Below, piece after piece: positions 10,252 through 21,954 of a DNA stretch of 64,000 nucleotides; the stretch's first letter is position 1; the number at the start of each line of letters is the position of its first letter. The notes below the pieces were generated by a model, which saw nothing but the letters and a program-made list of their open reading frames with translations, was not told the origin of the DNA and ran no database searches. The position numbers and the translations under genes were made by a program. The stretch comes from Chloroflexota bacterium (GTDB lineage Bacteria; Chloroflexota; Dehalococcoidia; Lucifugimonadales; UBA2985), in NCBI GenBank assembly GCA_027622595.1, contig JAQBZZ010000002.1, forward strand, positions 31,663 to 95,662, read 5' to 3'.

Positions 10252-10333
10252 TTTGGTTTCCGTCCTGTAGTCCTGAAATTCATCGCCGCCACCGATGGTT
10301 CGACAGGCTCATCCTGAACGTATTTTTGAAAAC

Positions 10334-11158
10334 TCACTGACGCCAGGCTAGCCCTTCGGTGGCCTCCAGGAACCGGGCGTGGAGGCCGCTTCTTGAGGCG
10401 ATGATGCTCTCAGATTTCAGAGAGGCAGGGGTCTTATACTTATCGGTGATCACCCCTCCCGCCTCAGGCACCAAAACGAGGCCGGCAGCCACATCCCAGG
10501 GGGCCAGGTTGTGGTGAAAGTACATATCTGTCCTTCCACACGCGGCATAGGCCAGGCCAAGGCCAGCAGAGCCCATGATCCTGGTGCCCTGGAGGTTGGG
10601 CCACAGGTGCAGCAACAATTCGATGGCCGTGGAGGCCTTCTCATCCACGTACCCCAGGTCATAACTCAGAAGAGCATCGTCCAACTCGGGCTTGTCTGAA
10701 ACGCTTATCGGTTTACCATTCAGGAAGGCACCACCACCCTTTACGGCCTGAAACATCTCCCCGCGCACGGGATCGTAGGTCAGACCCATTAACACATCAT
10801 CCCCTTTTGCAAGGGCGATTATCACACAGAAGAACGGTATCTCCTGAACATAGTTCCGGGTGCCGTCCAGTGGGTCCACTATCCAGGTGTATCCGGAGTT
10901 GGAAGGAACCGATTCCGACTCCTCAGCCAGGAAGCCATCGTCGGGGAACTCTCTGTGCAACTCCTCAATGATCCGACGCTCCACCAGTTTGTCCACGTCG
11001 CTGACCAGATTGGCCCTGCCCTTATATGAGACCTGCTTCTCGCTGTGAAGCCTGTCCATCAACGTCTGTCCCGCCTCCTCCGCCACCCTGAGCGCCACCT
11101 CCAAGCCAGGGAGACCGAAGCGAGAAATAGGCAGGATAGCTGGGGTTTCGTTGTTCAA
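10334..11158 (-). CDS. inositol monophosphatase family protein
   Basis: 274 aa with WIVDPLDGTRNY and WDVAAG motifs. Confidence 0.85.
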   Translation of the reverse strand: MNNETPAILPISRFGLPGLEVALRVAEEAGQTLMDRLHSEKQVSYKGRANLVSDVDKLVERRIIEELHREFPDDGFLAEESESVPSNSGYTWIVDPLDGTRNYVQEIPFFCVIIALAKGDDVLMGLTYDPVRGEMFQAVKGGGAFLNGKPISVSDKPELDDALLSYDLGYVDEKASTAIELLLHLWPNLQGTRIMGSAGLGLAYAACGRTDMYFHHNLAPWDVAAGLVLVPEAGGVITDKYKTPASLKSESIIASRSGLHARFLEATEGLAWRQ

Positions 11159-12168
11159 AGCGTAACTTCCGAGATGCCCATCTTGTCCCGAACCTCAGAC
11201 AGAGTCTCCCTGGCGATGGCACGAGCGCGGCGCGCCCCTTCCTGGAGCACCTCTTCCACATAGCCGGATTTTTCTACAAACTCCCTGCGTCGTTCCCGGA
11301 AAGGCTCCAGGGTTTTGTTTATACCATCCGCCAGCAACTGCTTATCGTCCACGCATCCCAGCTGAGCGGATGTGCACTGCTGGTATACCTCGTCCAGTTT
11401 GTCTGGGTTGAAGAGCTTGTGGAGAGCGTACACATTACAGATTGAGGGACGCCCTGGGTCGGTTCGGCGTAGGCGTTGGGGGTCGGTGAAGGCCGTCTTG
11501 ACCCTGGCGCTGGTCTCCTCCGGGGTGGCAGCAAGCTCGATGTGGTTGTCCAAGCTCTTGCTCATCTTCTGCTTGCCATCAAGGCCCAGAATCAGAGGGT
11601 ACTCCGTCAGCCTGGGTTGAGGTTCAGGAAAGGTATGCCCATAGAGGTGGTTGAACCGCCTGACTATCTCCCTGGCCAACTCCAAATGGGGCAGCTGGTC
11701 CTCTCCCACAGGCACGGTGTCTGCCTTGTAGAGGATGATGTCGGCGGTCATGAGGACAGGATAGCCAACCAGTCCGTAGCTGACACTCTCCTCAGTTTCC
11801 TGCAACTGACGTACCTTGTCCTTGAAGGTCGGCACCCTCATCAGCCACCCAAGCGGTGTTACCATGCTAAGGAGCGTATGGAGGACCATCACCTCGGGCA
11901 CCTGGGACTGGACAAAGACAAGGCTCCTCTCCGGGTCAACGCCAGCCGCAAGCCAGTCCAGGACCATTTCCCGAATGTTGGGCTGAATCTCCCTGGTGGC
12001 CTCACCCTGCATGTCCGTGAGGGCGTGAACGTCCACGGCACAGTAGATGCAGCGGAACTCATCCTGGAGGGCCACCCAGTTTTGCAGGGCTCCTATGTAG
12101 TTGCCCAGGTGCAGCCGCCCGGAGGGGCGCATACCTGAGAAAACGCTGTGCTTAACCGTATCCATCAC
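11155..12168 (-). CDS. trpS: tryptophan--tRNA ligase
   Basis: 337 aa with SGRLHLGNY (HIGH-type) and KMSKS. The probable start is the ATG at 12165, preceded by GAGG. Confidence 0.92.
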   Translation of the reverse strand: MMDTVKHSVFSGMRPSGRLHLGNYIGALQNWVALQDEFRCIYCAVDVHALTDMQGEATREIQPNIREMVLDWLAAGVDPERSLVFVQSQVPEVMVLHTLLSMVTPLGWLMRVPTFKDKVRQLQETEESVSYGLVGYPVLMTADIILYKADTVPVGEDQLPHLELAREIVRRFNHLYGHTFPEPQPRLTEYPLILGLDGKQKMSKSLDNHIELAATPEETSARVKTAFTDPQRLRRTDPGRPSICNVYALHKLFNPDKLDEVYQQCTSAQLGCVDDKQLLADGINKTLEPFRERRREFVEKSGYVEEVLQEGARRARAIARETLSEVRDKMGISEVTL

Positions 12169-12534
12169 ACCTCAGACGGGAAGTCTATCACAGAAGGGGT
12201 AGAGGGAAAAGGGAGGCTCTTTGGAAAGAAAAGCCCTATCGTCCCAGGCATCGACACAGACCGTTTACGCACATAGGGATTTTTGACAGGTTTTAAGAAA
12301 TATGCTACAATTCCTATGTGTGACCGCTCAAATCCCGCCCCATATCTTGTGTTTTCACATCGGAATTCGATATCACACGCAACGCGCCCCATCTACTATC
12401 CCCTTACAGTCCCTGGTTGCTCGATTATGTCGTCGCTGGCTATGGGCCATGACGCATCATCGGAATGGGTATAAACACTGACAGCAGCGAGAGTTGCTGA
12501 CCAGTCAAAATTTCTAGGGCAACTCCCTAGCTAG

Positions 12535-14487
<1,953 letters not shown>

Positions 14488-14507
14488 ACAGTAACCACAC
14501 ATGTTAA

Positions 14508-14562
14508 TAAGAGGGTCTGGTTTTCAGGAATTTCCTGAAAACCAGACCCTCTTATCTTTTTA
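14508..14562. terminator. bidirectional terminator hairpin between convergent gyrB and the trpB2-like gene
   Basis: TAAGAGGGTCTGGTTTTCAGGAA / TTCCTGAAAACCAGACCCTCTTA form perfect 23-nt arms (14508-14530 and 14532-14554), followed by TCTTTTT. Confidence 0.75.
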
Positions 14563-14610
14563 CTCAAGAACAGAACTCTGCGGTCTCTGTTGCCCCGTAC
14601 TCACTTCTGC

Positions 14611-15967
14611 CTAGACCTGTGGCAGACCAGCCAGGGCCTTTTCCACCTCGGCCTGGGGATATGCGTAGTTCTCCAAGGAGCCTGCAAGATAGGAGTCGTA
14701 GGCCGACAGGTCAAAGTGACCGTGGCCGCTCAGGTTGAACAGGATAACCTTGGACTCACCGGACTCCTTGCACTTGAGGGCCTCGTCTATGGCCGCCTTG
14801 ATGGCGTGCGCGGGCTCCGGGGCGGGCAAAATGCCCTCTGTCCTGGCAAACTGGAGCGCGGCAGCGAAGACGGCGTTCTGATACTCCGCCCTTGGCTCTA
14901 TTATTCCCTGATCGCACAGAAGACTGAGCAGGGGGGCCATTCCATGATACCGCAGCCCTCCTGCGTGTATGGCCGGCGGCACAAAGGTATGGCCCAGAGT
15001 GAACATCTTTACCATGGGCGCTATCCCGGCTGTATCCCCGAAGTCGTAGGTGTAAAGGCCACGGGTAAGGGTGGGGCAGGCCTCCGGCTCCACAGCTATG
15101 AAGCGGGTGTTTCCCTTCCCTTGTAGCTTGTCCTGAATGAAGGGAAAGGCGATCCCTGCGAAGTTGGAGCCTCCTCCCACGCACCCTATGACCATATCCG
15201 GGTAGAGGTCCAGCTTCTCGAAAACGGTCTTGCACTCCATCCCGATGACAGTCTGGTGCATGAGGACGTGGTTTAGGACGCTCCCCAGGGCGTAGTTGGT
15301 GTCATCACGGGTGGCGGCTTCCTCCACAGCCTCGCTGATGGCGATGCCGAGGCTGCCGGGCGACTCTTTGTCCTGGGCAAGGATGTTCCGCCCCGCATTG
15401 GTCTCCTCGGTTGGGCTGGCAACCACGCTTGCGCCCCAGGTCTCCATCAAGGAGCGTCGATATGGCTTCTGGTGGTAGCTTGCCTTCACCATGTAGACCT
15501 TGCACTCCATTCCAAAGAGCTGGCAGGCAAAGGCCAGGGCGCTCCCACACTGGCCGGCGCCCGTTTCTGTGCTCAGCCGGTTGATCCCTTCCTGTTTGTT
15601 GAAGTAGGCCTGGGCCACAGCGGTGTTGGGCTTGTGGCTTCCCGCGGGGCTTACGCCTTCATACTTGTAGAAAATCTTGGCAGGGGTGTTCAATGCCTTC
15701 TCTAGACGAAAGGCCCTGTACAGAGGTGTGGGCTGCCACAGTTTGTACACGTCCATTACCTCGTCCGGAATATCTATGTAACGCTCCTGGCTCACCTCCT
15801 TCTGAATGAGGTCCATGGGGAAGATGGGGGCCAGGTCCCGCCGGGCCAAGGGGTTGCTTGGTCACCGGATTCAGGGGGGGGGGTTGCTGAGGAACCGGTA
15901 GGTCCGCCGCAATGTTGTACCACTGCCGGGGTAGGTCCTTCTCCTCCAGAAAGTGCTTGGCGTCCAT
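14611..15967 (-). pseudogene. trpB2: TrpB2-type tryptophan synthase beta-like PLP enzyme, split by a 1-nt frameshift
   Basis: The N-terminal 43 codons ([45 protein letters not shown] 15659..15967) and the body (..[24 protein letters not shown]...GSHKPNT...[11 protein letters not shown] 14611..15849) are in different frames. Removing one G at about 15838 restores [14 protein letters not shown]. Confidence 0.85.
15874..15883. repeat. G10/C10 homopolymer inside the trpB2-like coding sequence
   Basis: Read directly: tcaGGGGGGGGGGttg. On the coding strand it encodes the PPP of QQPPPLNP. Confidence 0.95.
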
Positions 15968-16026
15968 TTCATCCTCCTTCTAGTTCAGAGCGCCACGAGC
16001 GATACGCCCCGGAACTTATAACAAAA

Positions 16027-16845
16027 TCAGCCCCTTACCCCGACCAGTTTAGCGGTCACCAGAAGGCGCTGGTCGTATACATACGCAGGAACGCAGGCAA
16101 CCAGCGTGATCGTCGAATCCGACGAGGATTGCATGGTGAAGTCCTCCTGAGGAATCACCGTTGTCCGGGACACCTGATAGAGGAATTCCGTATCTTCTTC
16201 GTTTTGGAGGACAATGTACACATCCTCTCCTTTTCGGAGCAGGTCGGGAATATGGGTCAGGTTGCGGAATATCGAGCCCTCTCCCCTGATGGGGCTCTGA
16301 AGGTGGCCGAAGAGGTATGCGGTGCCGGCTTCCCCGGGATTTGGGGTGTTGGGAATATGGCCCACCACGTCTTTGGGTGTCTCCCAGCCACGGGCGTCTC
16401 CATAATTGACGATCTCCAACTCCTTGACCGTGGACCCGAGGCCAATGGCCGGGATTTCGATCCTGGTAGGAGCAGACAGACCACCGACCTCAGCGGGTAG
16501 GCCGCGGCCGTCCACGGGGACAAAGCCCTCGAAGAGCGAGCTATCGGAGTCTGAGTCCACATTCGCCCAGCGAGGGTCGTCCCAGGACAGGGATGGCACC
16601 AAGCGGCCAGGATAGATGGATGAGGAGCCGCTCGACGTATCCGTTTCATCCAGGGAGACCGTGACCTCCAACTCCCCAAGCTGGGAGCGGGCTATGGCTG
16701 CGTACAGGTAGTACCCACCGACAGTGACGAGCATCAGCACACCAAGGGCTATCATGGATAGGGACACCCAGCGCCCCTTGCCCCAGATACGAATAGCCTT
16801 CACCGCCGGGAGGTTTTTGCTTACTGTCACCATCAAAGCCTCCAC
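16027..16845 (-). CDS. sortase family transpeptidase
   Basis: 272 aa. N-terminal TM anchor, then RIEIPAIGL, a His in YLFGHL, the catalytic Cys in TLVACVP and an Arg in RLLVTAKL. Confidence 0.75.
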   Translation of the reverse strand: MEALMVTVSKNLPAVKAIRIWGKGRWVSLSMIALGVLMLVTVGGYYLYAAIARSQLGELEVTVSLDETDTSSGSSSIYPGRLVPSLSWDDPRWANVDSDSDSSLFEGFVPVDGRGLPAEVGGLSAPTRIEIPAIGLGSTVKELEIVNYGDARGWETPKDVVGHIPNTPNPGEAGTAYLFGHLQSPIRGEGSIFRNLTHIPDLLRKGEDVYIVLQNEEDTEFLYQVSRTTVIPQEDFTMQSSSDSTITLVACVPAYVYDQRLLVTAKLVGVRG

Positions 16846-17165
16846 ACCTTAGCTGCCACTGGTCGGTCACAGAAAGACCGCATTCTTACTGCACGAGCCC
16901 CGCGGCGTGCGTGTGACTAACCCTGACGATATAGTTCGGGCAGCAAAATGTCAACCACACCATTCGACTATTTGGGCACAAGCCCCACCCGCTCACTTCT
17001 TTAGACAACCACGGACAGGCTCACCACGAGCGGGCAGGGCACGCCCCTTCGGCGGGCTCAGGGCAGACTCTGCACCCACAATAAGCTGCTGTTGCACTGG
17101 TCTGGCGAGCCGGAACTCAGGTTGTGCCCTTTAATGCGCTAATTTTTGCACGTGAGTGCTTGTAC

Positions 17166-18467
17166 TCACACCAGGCGGTTTATCACCAGCCCCGTGGGCA
17201 GCTTTGGGCTGAAGTAGGTTGACTTGAGGGGCATGCGCTCTCCGGATAGCACCACCTCCTCGAAGAGGTCAAGGGACAGCGGGGGCAGGATGAAGCCTAG
17301 CTGGAAGTCGCCGCTCCTTACCAGACGGTAGACCTCTCCAGAATCGTGGGTGAAGCGCAGAGCACCCCTTTCCACGGCTGCCTGTTGTGTTCCCAGCACC
17401 GGCTCCAGGATGCTCCTCCCGAACACCTGGGTGGCACACCGTTGAAGGGGCGGCGAAGAGGCATCCGGCGGGTTGCGAAGGGTGAGTAGAGAGGCTGTAC
17501 CTTCGCTGGCGTTCAGCAGGCCGATGGAGACCTTGTCCACTGCAATCTTATCAAGTACTTCCTCAAGGTGAGTAACGGCAGCCCCGGTATCATCGAGCCT
17601 TACGTCCAATGGCTGTATGTCGAAGGTCTCTTTCAACAGAGCGAGCATCTGATCCAGTTCCCCCTGCGGCAGTCCCCTGATAGCGCGGTGGTACGGGAGC
17701 ACCAGCAGTCCCTTATCCTGTATCTCTATGAGGGACATCATGACGAAGTTGCGGGCCGCATTCTCACTCTGGTTTCCACCGGCCTTCTGCATGTCTCGAT
17801 ACTGGAGAGCGGTCTCGTACCTGTGGTGTCCGTCGGCCAGGTAGACCGGGACGTCCTTCAACGATTTGGATACGGTCTGAACCGTCGTCTTATCGGCGAT
17901 GGCCCATAGCTGAATATGGGAATCATCGTAGTCGGCGCGTGCCAGAGGCGGCTCCGCTGACACCCTGTCTATAATGGCTCGAACCTGTCCTGAATGGTCT
18001 CGGTAGATGGACATGAGGGGGCTCAGGTTGGCACCGGTGGCCGTCAGCAACTCCATTCTGTCCTTCTTTGGCCCCTGGGATGTCTCCTCGTGGGGGAGGA
18101 CTATTTTGCGGGCGAACTCCTCAAGGCGCACCGCTGCCAGAATGGAGCGGCGGGTCATGGAGTGGCCTTGTTGCGAAAAGTCCTCCTGAAGGAGGTAGAA
18201 GGCTGGCTCCTCTTCGATGAGCAGCGTCCCACTGCTTGACCACTCCTCAAGCAACCGGGCGGCCCTTGTATAACGGTTATCGATTGCCGAGTCGGCGGGG
18301 AGGTCCATACCAAACTCAAGGCGGACGGCGTTGTGGGGGCTACTCTGATGCAGCTCAAGCTGCAACTCAGGGGATATGACGTCGTATGGAGGGCAAAGCA
18401 ACTGGCTCAGGTCTGCATTTGGACCGAGACTGTACCGCAGTCCCCTGAAGGGCTGAATGTCGGCCAT
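17166..18467 (-). CDS. DUF1015 family protein
   Basis: 433 aa. The N-terminus MADIQPFRGLRYS...CPPYDVIS is the hallmark of DUF1015. Confidence 0.8.
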   Translation of the reverse strand: MADIQPFRGLRYSLGPNADLSQLLCPPYDVISPELQLELHQSSPHNAVRLEFGMDLPADSAIDNRYTRAARLLEEWSSSGTLLIEEEPAFYLLQEDFSQQGHSMTRRSILAAVRLEEFARKIVLPHEETSQGPKKDRMELLTATGANLSPLMSIYRDHSGQVRAIIDRVSAEPPLARADYDDSHIQLWAIADKTTVQTVSKSLKDVPVYLADGHHRYETALQYRDMQKAGGNQSENAARNFVMMSLIEIQDKGLLVLPYHRAIRGLPQGELDQMLALLKETFDIQPLDVRLDDTGAAVTHLEEVLDKIAVDKVSIGLLNASEGTASLLTLRNPPDASSPPLQRCATQVFGRSILEPVLGTQQAAVERGALRFTHDSGEVYRLVRSGDFQLGFILPPLSLDLFEEVVLSGERMPLKSTYFSPKLPTGLVINRLV

Positions 18468-18705
18468 TATGCGGCTCCATTTCTTTCAAACAATATGTGA
18501 GTCTCACACAAAGCACTTCGTCTATTTTCAACTCAGTATAGCGAGCACCCTGGTGGAACGTCTACCTGTGCAGGGTATCAGAACTGGTAGATTTACATGG
18601 TATTCCACATGATTAAGGGCCGACCCCGGTGTTATACTTTCGATGAGCCAAATATGGCCCTCTAGGAGGGCTGAAGATAAGGCTATTCAAGCTTACTGTG
18701 GGCTG

Positions 18706-18711
18706 TATAAT
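18706..18711 (+). promoter_or_regulatory. candidate -10 box for pcrA
   Basis: GCTGTATAATC with TATAAT 15 nt upstream of the pcrA ATG. The same 11-mer GCTGTATAATC recurs upstream of leuS (22784-22794). No convincing -35. Confidence 0.35.
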
Positions 18712-18725
18712 CTCCAAGAACCCAT

Positions 18726-20963
18726 ATGGACATCTTAGATAAACTCAACGAGCGACAACAGGATGCCGTGAAGGCTGTGAACGGGCCACTGCTCATCCTG
18801 GCAGGCCCGGGAAGCGGCAAGACGCGGGTCATCACCAACCGGATAGCCTATCTGGTCAGGGAGTGCGGCGTCAGTCCGCGCAATATAGTGGCCGTTACGT
18901 TCACGAACAAGGCCGCCAGGGAGATGCGGGAGCGGCTCTTCGGCAAGAGCGCGGATGACCCCGATGCTCCCCTGCTTGCAAGCTGGTGGAATGCGCAACA
19001 GGAGTTCACCGTAGCTACCTTCCACGCCTTCTGCGCGTCGATCCTACGCAGGGAGGGATCGCATATCGGCCTTGACAAGGCCTTCGTTATCTACGACCAA
19101 GAGGACCAGCTTGCGCTTCTCACGCGAGCCATGGAAGCAGCGGAGATAGACCCCAAACGCTTCTCCCCAAGGTCAATCCTGTCTGCCATATCCGCGGCCA
19201 AGAGTCAGCTCATCGATCCGGAGACCTTTGCCACCGGGCGCTCCAGCCCACTGGAAGTGATCATACACAGGGCATACCGACAGTACGAGGAACTGCTGCA
19301 ACGGAACAAAGCGGTGGACTTCGATGACCTGTTGGTTAAGACCTACACTCTTTTCAGGGACAATGGCCCTGTGCTGGAGAGGTACCAGTCGCGCTACGAG
19401 CACATCCTCATCGACGAGTTCCAGGACACCAACATAGCGCAGTATGCCATCGCCCGTCAGCTGGCTGGAAAGCATCACAACATCTGCGTGGTGGGCGATC
19501 CTGACCAGTCCATTTACTCCTGGCGCAACGCGGACATACGCAACATCCTTTCATTTCAGAGAAACTACCCGGAGGCCCAGGTGGTCACGCTGGAGGAGAA
19601 CTACCGCTCCACGGAGACCATACTGGAGGCCGCCCACGCGGTGATATCCGCCAACCGCAAGAGAATGGATAAACCCCTGTTGACCCACAACCAGCGCGGC
19701 AGCCCCGTGTTCGTTGGCGAGGCCTTCAACCCGGACGAGGAAGCCCAGCAGGTGCTGCGAGAGATAGAACGGCTGAAGCGTGAGGACGGACGCAGCCTTG
19801 GCGAGTGCGCCGTGATGTACCGCGTGAACGCCCAGTCCCGCGCCCTGGAGGAAGGATGCCTCCGATACGGCATCGCCTACAAGCTGATAGGAGGGCTGCG
19901 GTTCTACCAGCGCAAGGAAGTGAAAGACGTAATAGCCTATCTGCGGGTCATCCATAACCCCTACGACGAGGTCAGCCTCGCACGGGTGATTAACGTACCC
20001 ACCAGAGGCATAGGCCAACGGACGGTTGAGCAACTAACGCAGATGGCCAGTGACGGCGGTATCCCCATCTACTCTGCAATGCAGCTGGCAACAGAGAAGG
20101 TAGGGGCAGTTCATGAACTGCCCCTACAAAGCGGCCCTTCGCTGGATACCCGCTCTTCCCAGGCGGTGGCAAGGTTCCTACATCTCATCAACGCACTCAT
20201 AGAAGAGGGTGAGAATCTTGGGGTGGCGGAGCTGATAGACGCCGTCGTGGAGCGCACGGGGTACAGGAGCTACCTCACGGAGGACGGCGAGCAGGGTCAT
20301 GAGCGGTGGGAGAACGTGCAGGAACTACGCTCGACTGCGCTGAAGTTCCAGGACGTTGACCCGGAGGACAGGCTCACCGAGTTCCTGCAGGGGGTTGCCC
20401 TGGTCTCCGACATCGACAGCCTGGATGAAGGCCAGGACTCCATTAATCTGATCACCCTCCACCAGGCAAAGGGGTTGGAGTTTCCGGTGGTGTTTATTGC
20501 CGGTCTTGAAGAGGGGCTTCTGCCACATATACGCTCTTTCGACGACCCCGACCAGATGGAGGAGGAGAGGCGACTGTTCTACGTTGGCATGACCAGGGCC
20601 AAAGACAGACTGTACCTTACCAGGGCCTTTCGACGGGGTTTCAAGGGCAACGGCAGCGCCAACATGCCATCCCGTTTCCTGAACGACATCCCGAAGCACC
20701 TGGTATCTCCCATGACCCAGGCAAACAAACGGGTCTCTGCCGTTGGTCAACCCCTTCGCGGAAGGGTCAGCCTGGCTGCCGAGGAGAAGACAAGCTCACC
20801 TCTGAAGGCGGGAGAGAAGGTACGCCACCCCAAATTCGGCGATGGGATTGTGGTGAGCTGCATCGCCTCAGGTCAGGACCACGAGGTAACGGTGGCATTC
20901 AAGGGCGAATCCGGGATCAAGAGGCTTCTCCTTGCCTACGCAGGCCTGGAAGTGGTGGAGTAG
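18726..20963 (+). CDS. pcrA: ATP-dependent DNA helicase PcrA/UvrD
   Basis: 745 aa with AGPGSGKT, DEFQDTN and VGDPDQSIYSWRNA. Confidence 0.92.
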   Translation: MDILDKLNERQQDAVKAVNGPLLILAGPGSGKTRVITNRIAYLVRECGVSPRNIVAVTFTNKAAREMRERLFGKSADDPDAPLLASWWNAQQEFTVATFHAFCASILRREGSHIGLDKAFVIYDQEDQLALLTRAMEAAEIDPKRFSPRSILSAISAAKSQLIDPETFATGRSSPLEVIIHRAYRQYEELLQRNKAVDFDDLLVKTYTLFRDNGPVLERYQSRYEHILIDEFQDTNIAQYAIARQLAGKHHNICVVGDPDQSIYSWRNADIRNILSFQRNYPEAQVVTLEENYRSTETILEAAHAVISANRKRMDKPLLTHNQRGSPVFVGEAFNPDEEAQQVLREIERLKREDGRSLGECAVMYRVNAQSRALEEGCLRYGIAYKLIGGLRFYQRKEVKDVIAYLRVIHNPYDEVSLARVINVPTRGIGQRTVEQLTQMASDGGIPIYSAMQLATEKVGAVHELPLQSGPSLDTRSSQAVARFLHLINALIEEGENLGVAELIDAVVERTGYRSYLTEDGEQGHERWENVQELRSTALKFQDVDPEDRLTEFLQGVALVSDIDSLDEGQDSINLITLHQAKGLEFPVVFIAGLEEGLLPHIRSFDDPDQMEEERRLFYVGMTRAKDRLYLTRAFRRGFKGNGSANMPSRFLNDIPKHLVSPMTQANKRVSAVGQPLRGRVSLAAEEKTSSPLKAGEKVRHPKFGDGIVVSCIASGQDHEVTVAFKGESGIKRLLLAYAGLEVVE
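20100..20127. repeat. perfect 28-bp palindrome inside pcrA (REP-like element)
   Basis: GTAGGGGCAGTTCA|TGAACTGCCCCTAC, translated in frame as VGAVHELPL. It is related to the intergenic palindrome at 26914..26943. Confidence 0.85.
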
Positions 20964-20967
20964 CGCC

Positions 20968-21954
20968 CTACAGTATTGCTCCCAGGATTTTGGCCAGTAT
21001 CCAGCCCAGGATGGCACAGAAGGGGTAGGTCACCAGCCACGCCCAGAGGATGCCCCGGGTGACTCCCCAGCGCACCGCCGAAAGTCGCCGTGTTGCCCCC
21101 ACTCCCATGATTGCCGAACTGGTGGTGTGAGTGGTGCTCACAGGTAGCCCAATGGTGGACGCCGCTTCGATAACGGCTGCGGCGCAAGCATTGGCTGCGA
21201 AGCCGCTGGAAGGCTGAAGCTTGGTCACGCGCATTCCCAGCGTGCGGATGACCTTCCATCCTCCAAAGGCTGTGCCGAATCCTATCATAAGGGCGCTGAC
21301 TATCTGCATCCAAAGGTCAACTGAGACATCTTGAGAGTAGTACACTCCCACGGCCAGGGCCATGATACCCATGGCGTTCTGGGCATCGTTCTTGCCGTGA
21401 CTATAGGCCAGGAAAGCCGCTGAAAGTATCTGCAGTTTCCCGAAGAGCGCGGTCACCTGATGAGGTGTCCAGCGTCGAAAGACCCGGTAGATGATGATCA
21501 TGAAGATAAAGGCAGCTCCAAACCCCAGAAGCGGGGAAAGGGCAAGGGCCAGAAGCACCTTGTAGACCGTGGCGGTCTTAACTGCCTCAAACCCTGCATG
21601 CGCCACTCCTGCGCCAAGCACCCCGGCCACCAGAGAGTGGCTCACGCTTACGGGAAACCCAAAGCGTGTGGCTACAACTACCCAGACCACTGCCGACATG
21701 ATGGCCGCCATCACAGCGGTCTGAGACATGAGGTCCGGGTCCACAATCCCCTTGCCGATGGTCTTGGCGACGGAGGTCCCTGTAAGGGCGCCAAGCATGT
21801 TCATGCTTCCGCCCATTATCACCGCCGCCAGGGGGGTCATGACACGGGTGGAGACTACAGTGGCAATGGAATTGGCGGCATCGTTTATGCCGTTGCCGTA
21901 GGCATAGGCTAGAGCCAGGGCTATTGTGATTATGAGGATGGCTTGTTCAGGCAT
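20968..21954 (-). CDS. pit: inorganic phosphate transporter, PiT family
   Basis: 328 aa with the duplicated GNGINDAANSIAT / HGKNDAQNAMG motifs. Confidence 0.88.
   Translation of the reverse strand: MPEQAILIITIALALAYAYGNGINDAANSIATVVSTRVMTPLAAVIMGGSMNMLGALTGTSVAKTIGKGIVDPDLMSQTAVMAAIMSAVVWVVVATRFGFPVSVSHSLVAGVLGAGVAHAGFEAVKTATVYKVLLALALSPLLGFGAAFIFMIIIYRVFRRWTPHQVTALFGKLQILSAAFLAYSHGKNDAQNAMGIMALAVGVYYSQDVSVDLWMQIVSALMIGFGTAFGGWKVIRTLGMRVTKLQPSSGFAANACAAAVIEAASTIGLPVSTTHTTSSAIMGVGATRRLSAVRWGVTRGILWAWLVTYPFCAILGWILAKILGAIL

Noticed and set aside
17070-17083. Identical 14-mer CTGCACCCACAATA here and at 48060-48073
   Set aside because: On the order of ten or more chance 14-mer coincidences are expected among all position pairs and both strands in 64 kb.
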